Shown here: positions 31,597 through 41,908 of the stretch, piece by piece | Numbering within the stretch: the first letter of the stretch is position 1 | Layout: each line of letters starts with the position of its first letter | Source: an uncultured Actinomycetota bacterium | GTDB lineage: Bacteria > Actinomycetota > Actinomycetes > JACCUZ01 | Direction: 5' to 3' | Assembly: GCA_963728425.1 (NCBI GenBank) | Contig: CAVSKC010000018.1 | Location: 7,164-71,163 of the forward strand | Length of the DNA stretch: 64,000 nucleotides | Program-made: the position numbers and the translations under genes | Notes under the pieces: generated by a model | What the model was told of the DNA's origin: nothing | The model's input: the letters and a program-made list of their open reading frames with translations, nothing else | The model's database searches: none

Positions 31597-33047
31597 TGCC
31601 GCGCCATTGTCGCAGCACGTCGACCGGGCGGCCTGCTCCGCCGGAGGCCACGCAGGCCGGGATGCCGACGCCGTCGTACGCCGCGCCGCACACGGCGAGC
31701 CCGGGCTGCGCGGCCACCGCGGCCCGGATCCGCTCGACCCGCTCCAGGTGGCCGACCGCGTACTGCGGCAGGCCGCCGCCCCAGCGGGTGACCCGGGCGT
31801 CCAACGGGCGGGTCGGTCACCCCGAGCGCGTCGGTCAGGTCGGCCAGCGCCAGCTCGACCAGGTCGGCGTCGTCGCGCTGCAGCACGGCCTCCTCGCCGA
31901 GCCGGCCCACCGACGCGCGGACCACGACGCAGGCCAGGCGCCGCACCGGCGTACCAGCCCCACTTCGTCGAGGAGAAGGTGACCGCCTTGACCGACCGGC
32001 CGTCGACCGGCGGCACCAGGAAGCCGGAGCCGGTCGGCGAGCGACGGGAACGCCGTCGCCGGGAAGGCGAGCGTGACCACGGCCATCGACGCGTAGCGCG
32101 ACGGCGGCCAGCTCGGCCGCCGCCGCCGGCACGCGTGCGGCGCAGCAGCCGGGCGGCGGCGCCGGCCGGGACGGCGAGCACCACCGCGTCGGCGTCGACC
32201 TCGCTCGGGCGCGCGGGTCGGGCCGACGACGAGCCGCCAGCCGTCGGGGTCCGGCGCAGCTCGCGGACCGTGGCGCCGGTGCGGACGTCGGCGCCGCGAG
32301 CGCCGCGCGACCGCGGCGGGCAGCCGCCCGACGCCGCCGCGCAGGCGCGCCGAACACCGCGCCGTCTCGCGCCGTCGCCGGTCGGCGCGCGCCCGGCTGG
32401 CCCGGGCGGCGGCCAGCAGCGAGCGCTCCCGGCGGGCGTGCGCCGCGAGCTGCGGCATCGTCGCCTCCAGCGAGAGCTCGTCGGCCCGGCCCGCGTAGAC
32501 CCCGCCGAGCAGCGGCTCGACCAGCCGGTCGACGACCGCGCGGCCCATCCGGCGCGCGACGTAGCGGCCGACCGCGACGTCGTCACCGGTCGCTGGTCCG
32601 CGGCAGCCACGAGTCCGCCGGGCACGCGGGCCAGCTCCCGCGCGCGTGAGCAGCCCGCTGCGCGGCCAGCGCGCGCAGGTCGCGCGGGGACGCCCATGAC
32701 CGTGCCCGGCGGCAGCGGGTGCATCGCGCCGCGGGTCCAGATCGCGGCGCTCGTCGTCGCGGCGTCCTCGAGGTCGGCGCCGAGGCCGACGGCACCGGGC
32801 GAGGTCGACCGCCTCGGGCCGGCGCAGCAGCAGCGACTCGGCGCCCTCGTCGACCGGGACGCCGGCGACGTCGCTGACCCGCAGCTTGCCGCCGACCTGG
32901 CCGGCGGCCTCCAGCACGGTCGACCGCAGCGTCCGGCCGGCGCCGTCGGCCGGCCTCGCAGGCACCAGGCCGCGGCCAGCCCGGCGATGCCGCCGCCGAC
33001 GACGACGACGTGCCGCGGCACCGGCGCGCTCAGCGTCGGCACCGGGC
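31594..33047 (-). CDS. hemY: Protoporphyrinogen/coproporphyrinogen III oxidase (HemY/CgoX, FAD-dependent). It has many frame interruptions.
   Basis: The FAD fold is HVVVVGGGIAGLAAAW. Further pieces are VLEAAGQVGGKLRVSDVAGVPVDEGAESLLLRRPEAVDL and ...RWGGGLPQYAVGHLERVERIRAAVAAQPGLAVCGAAYDGVGIPACVASG. ORFs 31594..33423, 31835..32965, 30423..32357 and 31370..31804. The stop appears to overlap the hemQ ATG (ATGA at 31594-31596). Confidence 0.8.
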
Positions 33048-33191
33048 GTCGGTCATGCGCGTCACCCTCCAGATCGTGACCGCTCCGCGACCTACGGGTC
33101 GGAACCGCTCCGGACGCGTGCGCGCGTCCCAGCCGCCGACGACCCGCTGGCGACCGACGCGGCCTCGCCCCGCTCGCCGCCCGATGCGCGC

Positions 33192-34142
33192 ATGGCGGCC
33201 GCCGTCGGCGGCGCCTCGCTGCTCGCCTGCTCGCTGCGCGGCCTGCTGCGGGGCGGCACGGCGACGCGGCGAGCACCTCGGCTCGGCCGGCGCGGACACG
33301 CTGCGAGTCGAGGCCGGCGACAGCCGCGGATCCCGCGCCGCGCGGCGACGCCGCCGCAGCGGCGGGACGGCGGACAAGGGCACCGGCACGGGCACGTCGA
33401 CCGCCGCCCGGGTCCTGCCGCATCGACCGGGCCGTCGTCTACCGCGGCGCGATCACCGTGCAGGTGCAGCGACGTCGCCGGCCGCGCCGCGCCGAGGCGC
33501 TGGCCACCGGCGTCGACGGCCTGGTCTTCGCCGAGCAGACCTCGACCGAGCCCGCGGCACCCGCCGCGTACGGCCGAGGCGACGCTGACGCTGCGGGTGC
33601 CGCCGACCGCGTTCCGGCCGACGCTGGACCAGCTGGCGCGCGCTCGGCAAGCAGCTCGACCGGAGCACAGCGCCGAGGACGTCACCGCGCAGGTCGATCG
33701 ACGTCGACAGCCGGCTGCGCTCCCAGCAGCGCAGCGTCGACCGCGTCCGGGCCCTGCTCGACCAGGCCACGACCATCGGCGAGGTCGTGCAGGTCGAGGG
33801 CGAGCTGTCCCGCCGCGAGGCCGACCTCGAGTCGCTCGAGGCGCAGCAGAAGCCAGCTCGAGGACGTCGACCGACCTGGCCACCATCGAGGTCACCCTGG
33901 CCTCGCGCCCGACCGGAAGCCGGCGCCGCCGACGGACGACGGACCGGACCTCGGCTTCCTGCCGGCCTGCGCGGCGGCTGGGACGCCCTCGTGGCGGTCG
34001 TCGCTGCGTCGCGCTCACCGTGCTCGGTGCCCTGCTGCCGTTCGCTGCTCGTCGCCGCCCTGGTCGGCGTACCGCGCGTGCTCGTGCTGCGCGCCCGCCG
34101 CCGACGCCGGCCGCACCGCCGCCGGCCCCCGCCGACGCCTGA
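33192..34142 (+). CDS. DUF4349-type lipoprotein, frame-interrupted.
   Basis: The lipobox start is [13 protein letters not shown] at 33192. Pieces: [14 protein letters not shown] .. [21 protein letters not shown] .. SAEDVTAQV .. LATIEVTL, plus a C-terminal TM ([11 protein letters not shown]). ORF 32886..34142 and sister frames. Confidence 0.6.
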   Translation: MAAAVGGASLLACSLRGLLRGGTATRRAPRLGRRGHAASRGRRQPRIPRRAATPPQRRDGGQGHRHGHVDRRPGPAASTGPSSTAARSPCRCSDVAGRAAPRRWPPASTAWSSPSRPRPSPRHPPRTAEATLTLRVPPTAFRPTLDQLARARQAARPEHSAEDVTAQVDRRRQPAALPAAQRRPRPGPARPGHDHRRGRAGRGRAVPPRGRPRVARGAAEASSRTSTDLATIEVTLASRPTGSRRRRRTTDRTSASCRPARRLGRPRGGRRCVALTVLGALLPFAARRRPGRRTARARAARPPPTPAAPPPAPADA

Positions 34143-34158
34143 CGCCGGACGGCGTCAG
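34139..34158. terminator. Stem-loop spanning the two convergent stop codons (DUF4349 and hemE).
   Basis: CTGACGCC (34139-34146), loop GGAC, GGCGTCAG (34151-34158). This is an 8-bp perfect stem. The TGA of the + gene is at 34140-34142 and the stop of the - gene at 34155-34157. Confidence 0.45.
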
Positions 34159-35239
34159 CGCGGCCGACGCCTCGTGCACCAGGTCGACGACGCGGGCGAG
34201 CACGTCGGGGTCGGTCTCGGGGATGACGCCGTGGCCGAGGTTGAAGACGTGGCCCGGGCGCGGCCCGCCCGGCGTCGAGCACCGCGCGGGTCCGCTCGGC
34301 CACCACGTCCCACGGCGCGAAGAGCGAGCGCCGGGTCGAGGTTGCCCTGCAGCGCGCGCGCCCGGGCCGACCCGGCGGGTCGGCCTCGTCCAGCGGCACC
34401 CGGAAGTCGACGCCGACCACGTCGGCGCCCGCCTCCCCCATCAGCGCCGAGCAGCTCGCCGGTGCCGACGCCGAAGTGGATGCGGGGCACGCCGAGCTCG
34501 CCGACCGCGGCGAGCACCGCGGCCGAGTGCGGCAGCACGTGCCGCGCGTAGTCGGCGGCGGGCAGCGCCCCGACCCACGAGTCGAACAGCTGGACCGCGC
34601 TGGCGCCGGCCTCGACCTGCACCCGCAGGAACGCGGCGGTGATGCCGGCCAGCCGGCCGCATCAGCGCGTCCCACAGGTCCGGGTCGCCGTACATCAGCG
34701 CCTTGGTGTGCTCGTGGTTGCGCGACGGCCCGCCCTCGACCAGGTAGGAGGCGAGGGTGAACGGCGCGCCCGCGAAGCCGATCAGCGGCGTCGCGCCGAG
34801 CTCGGCGACCAGCAGGCGCACGGCCTCGGCCACGTAGTCGACGTCGCCGTCCTCCAGCGGCCGCAGCTGCTCGAGGTCGGCAGCGGTGCGGATCGGCCGG
34901 GCGATGACCGGGCCGACGCCGGGCTTGATGTCGAGGTCGACCCCGATCGGCCTTCAGCGGCACCACGATGTCGCTGAAGAGGATGGCCGCGTCGATGCCG
35001 TGCCGGCGCACCGGCTGCAGGGTGATCTCGGCGACCAGGTCCGGCGTCGCGCAGGCCTCGAGCATCGGGATGCCCTCGCGGACCTTGCGGTACTCCGGCA
35101 GCGACCGGCCCGCCTGGCGCATGAACCACACCGGGGTGTGCGGCACCGGCTCGCGTCGGCAGGCCCGCAGGAAGGCGGAGTCGCGCAGCGCGTCGGCTGT
35201 CTCGGCGGCAGGGATCGTCACGGGTGCAGATGGTGTCAC
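34155..35239 (-). CDS. hemE: Uroporphyrinogen decarboxylase HemE. It has many frame interruptions.
   Basis: N-terminus [76 protein letters not shown] (ORF 33092..35239). Later pieces are [32 protein letters not shown] and ..[25 protein letters not shown]. Confidence 0.9.
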
Positions 35240-35272
35240 GGCGTACGCCGGGCGAGAGAGAGCCGGGGTGCG

Positions 35273-36125
35273 TCAGCCGGTGGCGATGAGCACCACGCCG
35301 GCCAGGGCACCCGCGACACCGGCCGACTGGAGCCGCCCGAGCCGCTCGCCGTGCAGCACCCGGGCCAGCAGCACAGTGACGACCGGGTAGAGCGAGCCGA
35401 GCACCGAGACGACGCTGATGTCGTCGCGCCGACTGGCCAGGCCGAAGCTGAGGTTGGCCGCCGACGTCGCCGAGGCCGACCAGTGCCACCAGCGCCACGT
35501 CGCGCGGGGAGAGGGCAAACTCGGACCGGGGCGTCCCGCGGCCCAGCGCCACCACCAGGGCGACCGCCAGCAGGGTCACCGACGTGACGCCGCATCGTCA
35601 CCAGCGTCATCAGCGTGCTGTGCCGGCTGCCCTCGCGCGATCGCCAGCAGCGCCACGCCGAAGCCGACGGCCGCCACCGCGGCCAGCAGCACCGGCCGCG
35701 CGCCGGCCCGGCCGGACAGCTCCGGTCCGCTGGCCAGCACGACGCCGGCGACGGCGACGACGATGCCCACCAGCTGGAGGGCCGCCGGCCGCTCGCCCGC
35801 GGGCGAGCCCGACGAACACGGGGACGACGACGCCCAGCGCGGCGATCGGCGAGACCACGCCCATCGTGCCCGGCGGCCAGCGCCGCGTAGAAGCTGACCA
35901 GGCCCACCACCCCGGCGACGCCGGACAGCGACCGCCCAGGGCAGGTAGCCGGCGGTCGTCGTCCAGCGCGCCGGCCGCCACCGCCACCACAGCGATCGCC
36001 AGCAGCCCGGCGGCCTGGGAGGCCCCGACCACCACGGCGGCCTGGCGGCGGCGGGACATCGTGCCGCCGAGGAAGTCCGCGCTGCCCCAGAGCAGGCTCG
36101 AGAGCAGGGCGAGGAGGGCGGCCAC
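35273..36125 (-). CDS. EamA/DMT-family transporter, frame-interrupted.
   Basis: VAALLALLSSLLWGSADFLGG... (GTG at 36125, ORF 35610..36464) and the C-terminus ISVVSVLGSLYPVVTVLLARVLHGERLGRLQSAGVAGALAGVVLIATG* (ORF 35273..35518). Multiple TM segments. Confidence 0.7.
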
Positions 36126-36217
36126 TCGCGTGAGGGTACGGCACCCGACGCGCCCGGCCGACGGCGCGCGAGTCGCGCCTCCCCGGTCGGCGGCCCCGAC
36201 CGACGTACGCTTCGGCC

Positions 36218-36862
36218 ATGGTCGCCCGGCGTGAGGCCGACGAGGTGCCCGGAGGAGTTCTCCCGGGCACTCGCCGCGCTGCGCGCCGCCACCCCCCGGT
36301 CCGAGGTCGTGCTCGAGGAGACCCCGGCGCCGCAGCGGCTGGCCCCGTACGCCGTGGCGCTGACCGCCGACGTGGTCGTCCCCGCTCGACCCCGACGTCG
36401 AGCTCGGCACCGGCCGGCTGGTGCTGCTGCACGACCCCGCGGGCCACGAGGCCTGGCAGGGCACCTTCCGGCTGGTGACCTACGTGCGGGCCGAGCTCGA
36501 GCACGAGATGGCGGCCGACCCGCTGCTGCCCGGCGTCGGCTGGGCCTGGCTGACCGAGGCCCTGGACGGCCACAGGCCGGCGTTCACGCGCGGCCAGCGG
36601 CACCGTCACCCGGGTGGCGTCGGAGAGCTTCGGCGCGATCGCCGGCGAGGCCGCGTCGGCGCAGATCGAGATCCGGGCGTCCTGGACCCCGCTGGACGAG
36701 CGCCTTCGACGCGCCACCTGCTCGCCTGGTGCGACCTGCTCTGCACCACCGCCGGGCTGCCCCCCGTGGCTCCCGGGCGTGGTCACGCTGCCCGACGCAG
36801 GCGGCGGTCCCGGCTCGACGCTGAGACGTCGCGCTACAGATCCGGTCCCGGCAGGCCGATGA
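36218..36862 (+). CDS. DUF3000 family protein. It is frame-interrupted and the 3' end is uncertain.
   Basis: PEEFSRALAALRAATPRSEVVLEETPAPQRLAPYAVALTADV .. GRLVLLHDPAGHEAWQGTFRLVTYVRAELEHEMAADPLLPGVGWAWLTEAL .. SESFGAIAGEAASAQIEIRASWTP .. AGLPP. ORFs 36231.., 36421.. and 36614... Confidence 0.7.
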
Positions 36863-36979
36863 GTCAGGACAGCGCTGTCATCACCGCACCTGATCGGGAG
36901 ACCCAGTGACCGCACTGGTCGAACGGCACGGCACACGGCCCCGGGCCGCAGTCCGTCCGGGCCGCCACGCTTCACCGCC

Positions 36980-37563
36980 ATGGTGGTCGTGGCGAGCCCG
37001 TTCGTGCGCGAGACGCTGGCCCGCACCCTGCGCTCGCCTCGGGGCGGCCGAGGTCGTCGAGGCCGTCATCGCTCGCCGAGGCGCGCGCCCGCGGCGCTGG
37101 GCACCACCGCCCGTGACCTCGCCGTCGTCGACAGCTCGCTGCCGGACGGCTCCGGCATCGCGCTGGTGCGCGAGCTGCGCGGCCTCGGCTGGGTCCGCGG
37201 CCTGGTGCTCTCCTCCACCGAGGACCCCTACACCGTGCGCGCCGCCCTCGGCCGGCGGCGTCCGCGCCTTCCTGGTCACCGCCTCCTCCGGCGGACCGGC
37301 GGCCCGCGCCGGCGCGCTCCCTCACACGCTCGCAGGCCCGCCCCCGGGCCGCCCGGCTGACCGGCGCCGAGGCGCTGTCCGGCCGCGAGGTCGAGGTGCT
37401 CCAGCTCGTCGGCGACGGCCGCTCGAACAAGGAGATCGGCGAGGCGCTCGGCCTGTCCGCGCTCACCGTGAAGAGCCACCTGGCCCGGATCGCCCGCAAG
37501 CTCGGCACCGGCGACCGCGCCGAGATGGTCGTCGTCGCGATGCGCGCCGGCGTCGTCGTCTAG
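36980..37563 (+). CDS. LuxR-family response-regulator-like transcription factor, frame-interrupted.
   Basis: MVVVASPFVRETLARTL .. DLAVVDSSLPDGSGIALVRELRGLGWVRGLVLSSTEDPYTVRAAL.. then LSGREVEVLQLVADGRSNKEIGEALGLSALTVKSHLARIARKLGTGDRAEMVVVAMRAGVVV* in the sequence frame ending with TAG at 37561-37563. Confidence 0.75.
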
Positions 37564-37632
37564 CCCGTCCCGACGCGCGGCCAGGGCATCCGGTACGCCG
37601 GTCCGGGGCCGCTACGACGTACCGTAACCCGC

Positions 37633-39000
37633 GTGACTCCGCCGCCCACGCCCGACGCCGCCGGGGTGGAGCCCACCTTCCGCGAGCCGCCGGCCGACGC
37701 TGCCGAGCCGCCGCGACCGCCGTCGACCGGCCCGACGAGCCCGCCGCGCCAGCCTCCGTCCCGCTCACCGAGCCCCGCGACGGCGTCCCCGCCCCGCTCG
37801 ACGACCCCGGCCGAGCTGGCCCGCCGTGGTCGAGGCGCTGCGCCGCGGGCACCGGGCCGGTCGCGATCGACGCCGAGCGGGCCTCCGGCTACCGCTACGG
37901 CCAGCGCTGCCTACCTCGTGCAGCTGCGCCGGGCCGACGTCGGCACCGTGCTGATCGACCCGCGTCGACGCTGCCCGACCTCAGCTGCGCTCGGCGCGGC
38001 CATCGCCGACGACGAGTGGGTGCTGCACGCCGCGTCCCAGGACCTGCCCTGCCTGGCCGAGCTCGGCCTGCGCGCCGACGCGGGTCTTCGACACCGAGCT
38101 GGCCGGCCGGCTGCTCGGCTACGCCCGAAGGTCGGGCTCGGCTCGATCGTCGAGGAGGTCCTCGGGCTGCACGCCTGGAGAAGGGCCACTCGGCCGCCGA
38201 CTGGTCGACCCGGCCGCTGCCCGAGCCCTGGCTGCGCTACGCGGCCCTCGACGTCGAGGTGCTGGTCGAGCTGCGCGACGTGCTGGCCGCCCAGCTCGAC
38301 GAGCAGGGCAAGCGCGAGCTGGGCCGAGCAGGAGTTCGCGGCGATCGTCGCGGCGCCGCCGACGCCGCCGCGGGTCGACCCCTGGCGGCGCACGTCCGGG
38401 CTGCACCGGGTCCGCAAGCGCCGCCAGCTCGCCGTCGTGCGCGCGCTCTGGGAGCGCCGCGACGAGGTGGCCCGCCGGCGCGACATCGCCCCCGGCCGGG
38501 TGCTGCCGGACCGCGCCATCGTCGCGGCCGCGCTGGCGCCGGCCGAGCACCGAGGACGAGCTGGTCGCGCTGCCCGTCTGGGGCGGGCGCTCGCTGCGCC
38601 GGCAGACCGCGACCTGGCTGCCGGCCATCGCCGCGGCCCTGGCGCTGCCCGGACGCCGAGCTGCCCGAGCCCAAGACGCCGCACGACGGGCCGCCGCCGG
38701 CGCGCGTCTGGGCGCGACCGGGACCCCGCCGCAGCCGCCCGGCTGGCCGCCGCCCGGGCCGCGGTCGGCGCGATCGCCGAGCGAGCACGGCCTGCCGGTC
38801 GAGAACCTGCTCGCGCCCGGACGCCGTCCGCCGGCTGTGCCTGGGACGCCGCCCGCCGGACGCCGCCGACGCCGAGGTCGCTCGGCCGGCGTCCTGCGCG
38901 GCGCTACGGCGCCCGCGCCGTGGCAGGTCGAGCTCGACCGCCGACGCCGCCGCTGCGCCGCCGGCGCTGGTCCCGGCGCGTCCGCCGGCACCCGTCCTGA
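37633..39000 (+). CDS. rnd: Ribonuclease D-like 3'-5' exonuclease with an HRDC domain. It is frame-interrupted and the 3' end is approximate.
   Basis: VAIDAERASGYRYGQR.YLVQLRRADVGTVLIDP .. DEWVLHAASQDLPCLAELGL .. FDTELAGRLLG .. EKGHSAADWSTRPLPEPWLRYAALDVEVLVELRDVLAAQLDEQGK .. VVRALWERRDEVARRRDIAPGRVLPDRAIVAAA. ORFs 37633..39000 and 36906..39071. Confidence 0.85.
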   Translation: MTPPPTPDAAGVEPTFREPPADAAEPPRPPSTGPTSPPRQPPSRSPSPATASPPRSTTPAELARRGRGAAPRAPGRSRSTPSGPPATATASAAYLVQLRRADVGTVLIDPRRRCPTSAALGAAIADDEWVLHAASQDLPCLAELGLRADAGLRHRAGRPAARLRPKVGLGSIVEEVLGLHAWRRATRPPTGRPGRCPSPGCATRPSTSRCWSSCATCWPPSSTSRASASWAEQEFAAIVAAPPTPPRVDPWRRTSGLHRVRKRRQLAVVRALWERRDEVARRRDIAPGRVLPDRAIVAAALAPAEHRGRAGRAARLGRALAAPADRDLAAGHRRGPGAARTPSCPSPRRRTTGRRRRASGRDRDPAAAARLAAARAAVGAIAERARPAGREPARARTPSAGCAWDAARRTPPTPRSLGRRPARRYGARAVAGRARPPTPPLRRRRWSRRVRRHPS

Positions 39001-39068
39001 CGCGGCCCGGCCGCCGCGCGTCGCGATTTGGCAACGGCGCGTGTTGCGTTGCTCGGCACGCGTCTGCT

Positions 39069-39088
39069 TAGGTAAGCATTGCCTTACC
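39069..39088. promoter_or_regulatory. Candidate operator: a 7-6-7 inverted repeat in the AT-richer leader immediately upstream of efeU.
   Basis: AGGTAAG (39069-39075), CATTGC, CTTACCT (39082-39088). It lies about 25 bp upstream of the GTG at 39114. The left half, TTAGGTAAG, resembles an IdeR/DtxR half-site (TTAGGTTAG), but the spacing is non-canonical. Confidence 0.35.
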
Positions 39089-39113
39089 TGACGCAGTCGA
39101 AGGGACCCCCGCG

Positions 39114-40037
39114 TGCTCGCGAACTACCTGATCGGCCTGCGCGAGGGCCTCGAGGCCACGCTCGTCGTGAGCATCCTGGTCGCCTACCTGGTCAAGGCCG
39201 GGCACCGGGACCGGCTGCGGCCGATCTGGCTCGGCGTCGCCGCCGCCGTCGCGCTGTCAGCCTCGCGTTCGGCGCGCTGCTGACCTTCACCTCCAACAAC
39301 CTCAGCTTCGAGGCGCAGGAGCGCTTCGGCGGCGCTGATGTCGATCATCGCGGTCGGCTTCGTCACCTGGATGATCTTCTGGATGCGCCGCACCGCGCGG
39401 TTCCTCAAGACCGAGCTGCAGGGCAAGCTCGACGCCGCCCTGCCGATGGGCACCTTCGCGCTCGACGCTGACCGCGTTCCTCGCGGTCGCCCGCGAGGGC
39501 CTCGAGACCTCGCTGTTCCTCTGGGCCGCCGCCCAGGCCGACCGGCAGCGGCGCGACCCCGATCGTCGGCGCCAGCCTCGGCATCGCCACCGCCGTCGTG
39601 CTCGGCTACCTGCTCTACCGGCGGGCGGTCACGCATCAACCTGGCCAAGTTCTTCACCTGGACCGGCGCCGGGCTGATCATCGTCGCCGGCGGCGTCCTC
39701 GCCTACGGCGTGCACGACCTGCAGGAGGCCGGCGACCTGCCCGGCCTGAACAACCTCGCCTTCGACGTCTCCGACGCGGTCCCGCCGGACAGCTGGTACG
39801 GCACGCTGCTCAAGGGCATCTTCAACTTCAGCCCCGCAGACGACGTGGCTCGAGGCGGTCGCCTGGCTGCTCTACGTCGTGCCCGTCATGGTACCTGTTC
39901 TTCCGCCCGGCCCGGAAGCCGGCCGACGCCGCACCGGCGCCACACCGGCATCCGCACCGAGCCCAGCACCGTCGCCGAGCCTCGGACCCGGCCTCCGACC
40001 CGCACGCCCCGCCCCGACCACCACTCGGAGCTCCCGC
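39114..40037 (+). CDS. efeU: FTR1/EfeU-family high-affinity iron permease. It is frame-interrupted and the stop is not resolved.
   Basis: [26 protein letters not shown] (first REGLE) and [21 protein letters not shown] (second REGLE). TM-rich pieces are [18 protein letters not shown] and [22 protein letters not shown] 39338..40444 and sister frames. Confidence 0.85.
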
Positions 40038-40750
40038 ATGCCCTCGTCCGCCCTGCCACGCCGCCTCCTGCTCGCTGCGCCGCTGCTGCTCCGGCCGGGC
40101 TGACCGCCTGCGGCGGCTGCTCGGCTCGGCCGGCTCCGGCACCGAGGTCGAGGTCACGCGCCGGCGACGACGCCTGCAAGGTGTCGGAGACCGAGCTCCA
40201 GGCCGGCGGCACGACGTTCGCGGTGACCAACGACGGTGACAAGGTCACCGAGGTCTACGTCTACGGCGAGCAGGGCGGCGCGTTCACCAAGGTCGTCAGC
40301 GAGGTCGAGAACATCGGGCCCGGCACCAGCCGGGACATGGACGTCGACCTCGCCGCCGGCACCTACGAGATCGCCTGCAAGCCCGGCCAGAAGGGCGACG
40401 GCATCCGCCAGAAGATCACCGTCACCGGCGAGCGGCGGCGGTGACGCCGGCAGCTCGGACGAGGCCTACGACCGCGAGCTCGAGCTGTCCGTCGACGACA
40501 GCCGGCCTGTCCGGGCTCGACCCGGCGACCGCCGACCAGGGCGAGAAGATCGAGTTCAAGCTCGCAGAACGACACCGACGGCACCCGCACCTTCGAGCTC
40601 ATCGACCCGGCCGGCAAGGTCGCCGCCGAGTTCGACGTCCCCGCCGGCAAGGAGGGCGAGGCCGTCGTCGAGCTCGCCGAGACCGGCGACTGGACCGTCA
40701 AGGTCGAGGGCGGCGCCACGGACATCGAGCAGACCCTCACCGTCGGCTGA
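40038..40750 (+). CDS. Lipoprotein with an EfeO-type N-terminal cupredoxin-like domain plus a second small beta domain and no M75 domain. Frame-interrupted.
   Basis: The lipobox is MPSSALPRRLLLAAPLLL.AGLTAC. The cupredoxin part is ACKVSETELQAGGTTFAVTNDGDKVTEVYVYGEQGGAFTKVVSEVENIGPGTSRDMDVDLAAGTYEIACKPGQKGDGIRQKITVTG. The second domain is ..GEKIEFKL.NDTDGTRTFELIDPAGKVAAEFDVPAGKEGEAVVELAETGDWTVKVEGGATDIEQTLTVG*. Confidence 0.65.
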
Positions 40751-40777
40751 CCACCGTGACCCGAACCCAGTAGCCAC

Positions 40778-41907
40778 GTGCCCGTCCGTACGGCCGTCCT
40801 CGCCGCCGCCGTCGTCGCCGCCGCCGGCCTCAGCGCCTGCACGGCCGGCGCAGGCCGCGGAGACGCCGTCGCGCTGACCGCCACCGACTCCACCTGCGAG
40901 GTGGCCAGCACCGAGCTGCCGGCCGGCCACCACACCTTCGCGATCACCAACAACGGCTCCAAGGTGACCGAGGTCTACGTCTACGCGAAGGCCGGCGACG
41001 CGTTCACCGGATCGTCACCGAGAAGGAGAACATCGGTCCCGGCACGTCCTACGAGCTGACCGTCGTCGCTGAAGCCCGGGCGCTACGAGGTCGCGTGCAA
41101 GCCGGGTCAGAAGGGCGACGGCATCCGGCACGCAGATCACGGTCACGCGGCCAGGCCGGTCGAGCGCGGCAACGGCCGACCCGGCCGCCGACGAAGGCCG
41201 TCGGCAGCCTACCGCGCCTACGTCCAGCAGCAGGCCGACGCGCTGCGTGCCGCTGGTCGACGCAGTTCGTCGCCGCGGTCAAGGCCGGCGACGTCGAGAA
41301 GGCCAAGACGCTGTACGCCGAGTCGCGGATGCCCTGGGAGGCCGTCGAGCCGGTGGCCGAGAGCTTCGGCGACCTCGACCCGAGGGTCGACCTGCGCGAG
41401 GCCGACCTCGAGGCCGGCCAGGAGTGGACCGGCTGGCACCGGATCGAGAAGGCGCTGTGGACCGACGGCGACCTGACCGGGCTGGCGCCGGTCGCCGACC
41501 AGCTCGCCGACCGACGTACGCGAGCTGCAGCAGCGGGTGCCCACCGCCGACATGACGGTCGCCTCGATCGGCAACGGCGCCAAGGAGCTGCTCGACGAGG
41601 TGGCCACCGGCAAGATCACCGGCGAGGAGGAGGCGTTCTCGCACACCGACCTGGTCGACTTCCAGGCCAACCTCGACGGCGCCAAGAAGGCCTACGACGT
41701 GCTCCGCCCGCTGGTGTCGGACGAGCGACCTGCTGGCCGAGCTGGACGCCGCCTTCGCCGCCGTGCAGGCGCAGCTCGACGAGCACCGCGACGGCGGCAC
41801 CTTCGTGTCCTACGACACCGTGACCGAGGCGCAGCGGCGCGAGCTGGCCCGGGTCGTCGACGGCCTCGGCGAGCCGCTGTCGCAGCTCGACCGCGGCGGC
41901 CGTCTGA
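40778..41907 (+). CDS. efeO: EfeO-type iron-uptake component (cupredoxin-like N-domain plus imelysin/peptidase-M75 domain), frame-interrupted.
   Basis: MPVRTAVLAAAVVAAAGLSAC..TDSTCEVASTELPAGHHTFAITNNGSKVTEVYVYAKAGDAFTG.. then QFVAAVKAGDVEKAKTLYAESRMPWEAVEPVAESFGDLDPRVDLREADLEAGQEWTGWHRIEKALW and ..GNGAKELLDEVATGKITGEEEAFSHTDLVDFQANLDGAKKAY. ORFs 40778.., 41095.. and 41537... Confidence 0.8.
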
Positions 41908-41908
41908 C

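Noticed and set aside
39060-39090. Calling the efeU-proximal palindrome a canonical IdeR/DtxR iron box.
   Set aside because: Only one half-site matches the 19-bp consensus TTAGGTTAGSCTAACCTAA. The arms are spaced by 6 nt rather than 1, so it is kept only as an uncharacterised operator candidate.
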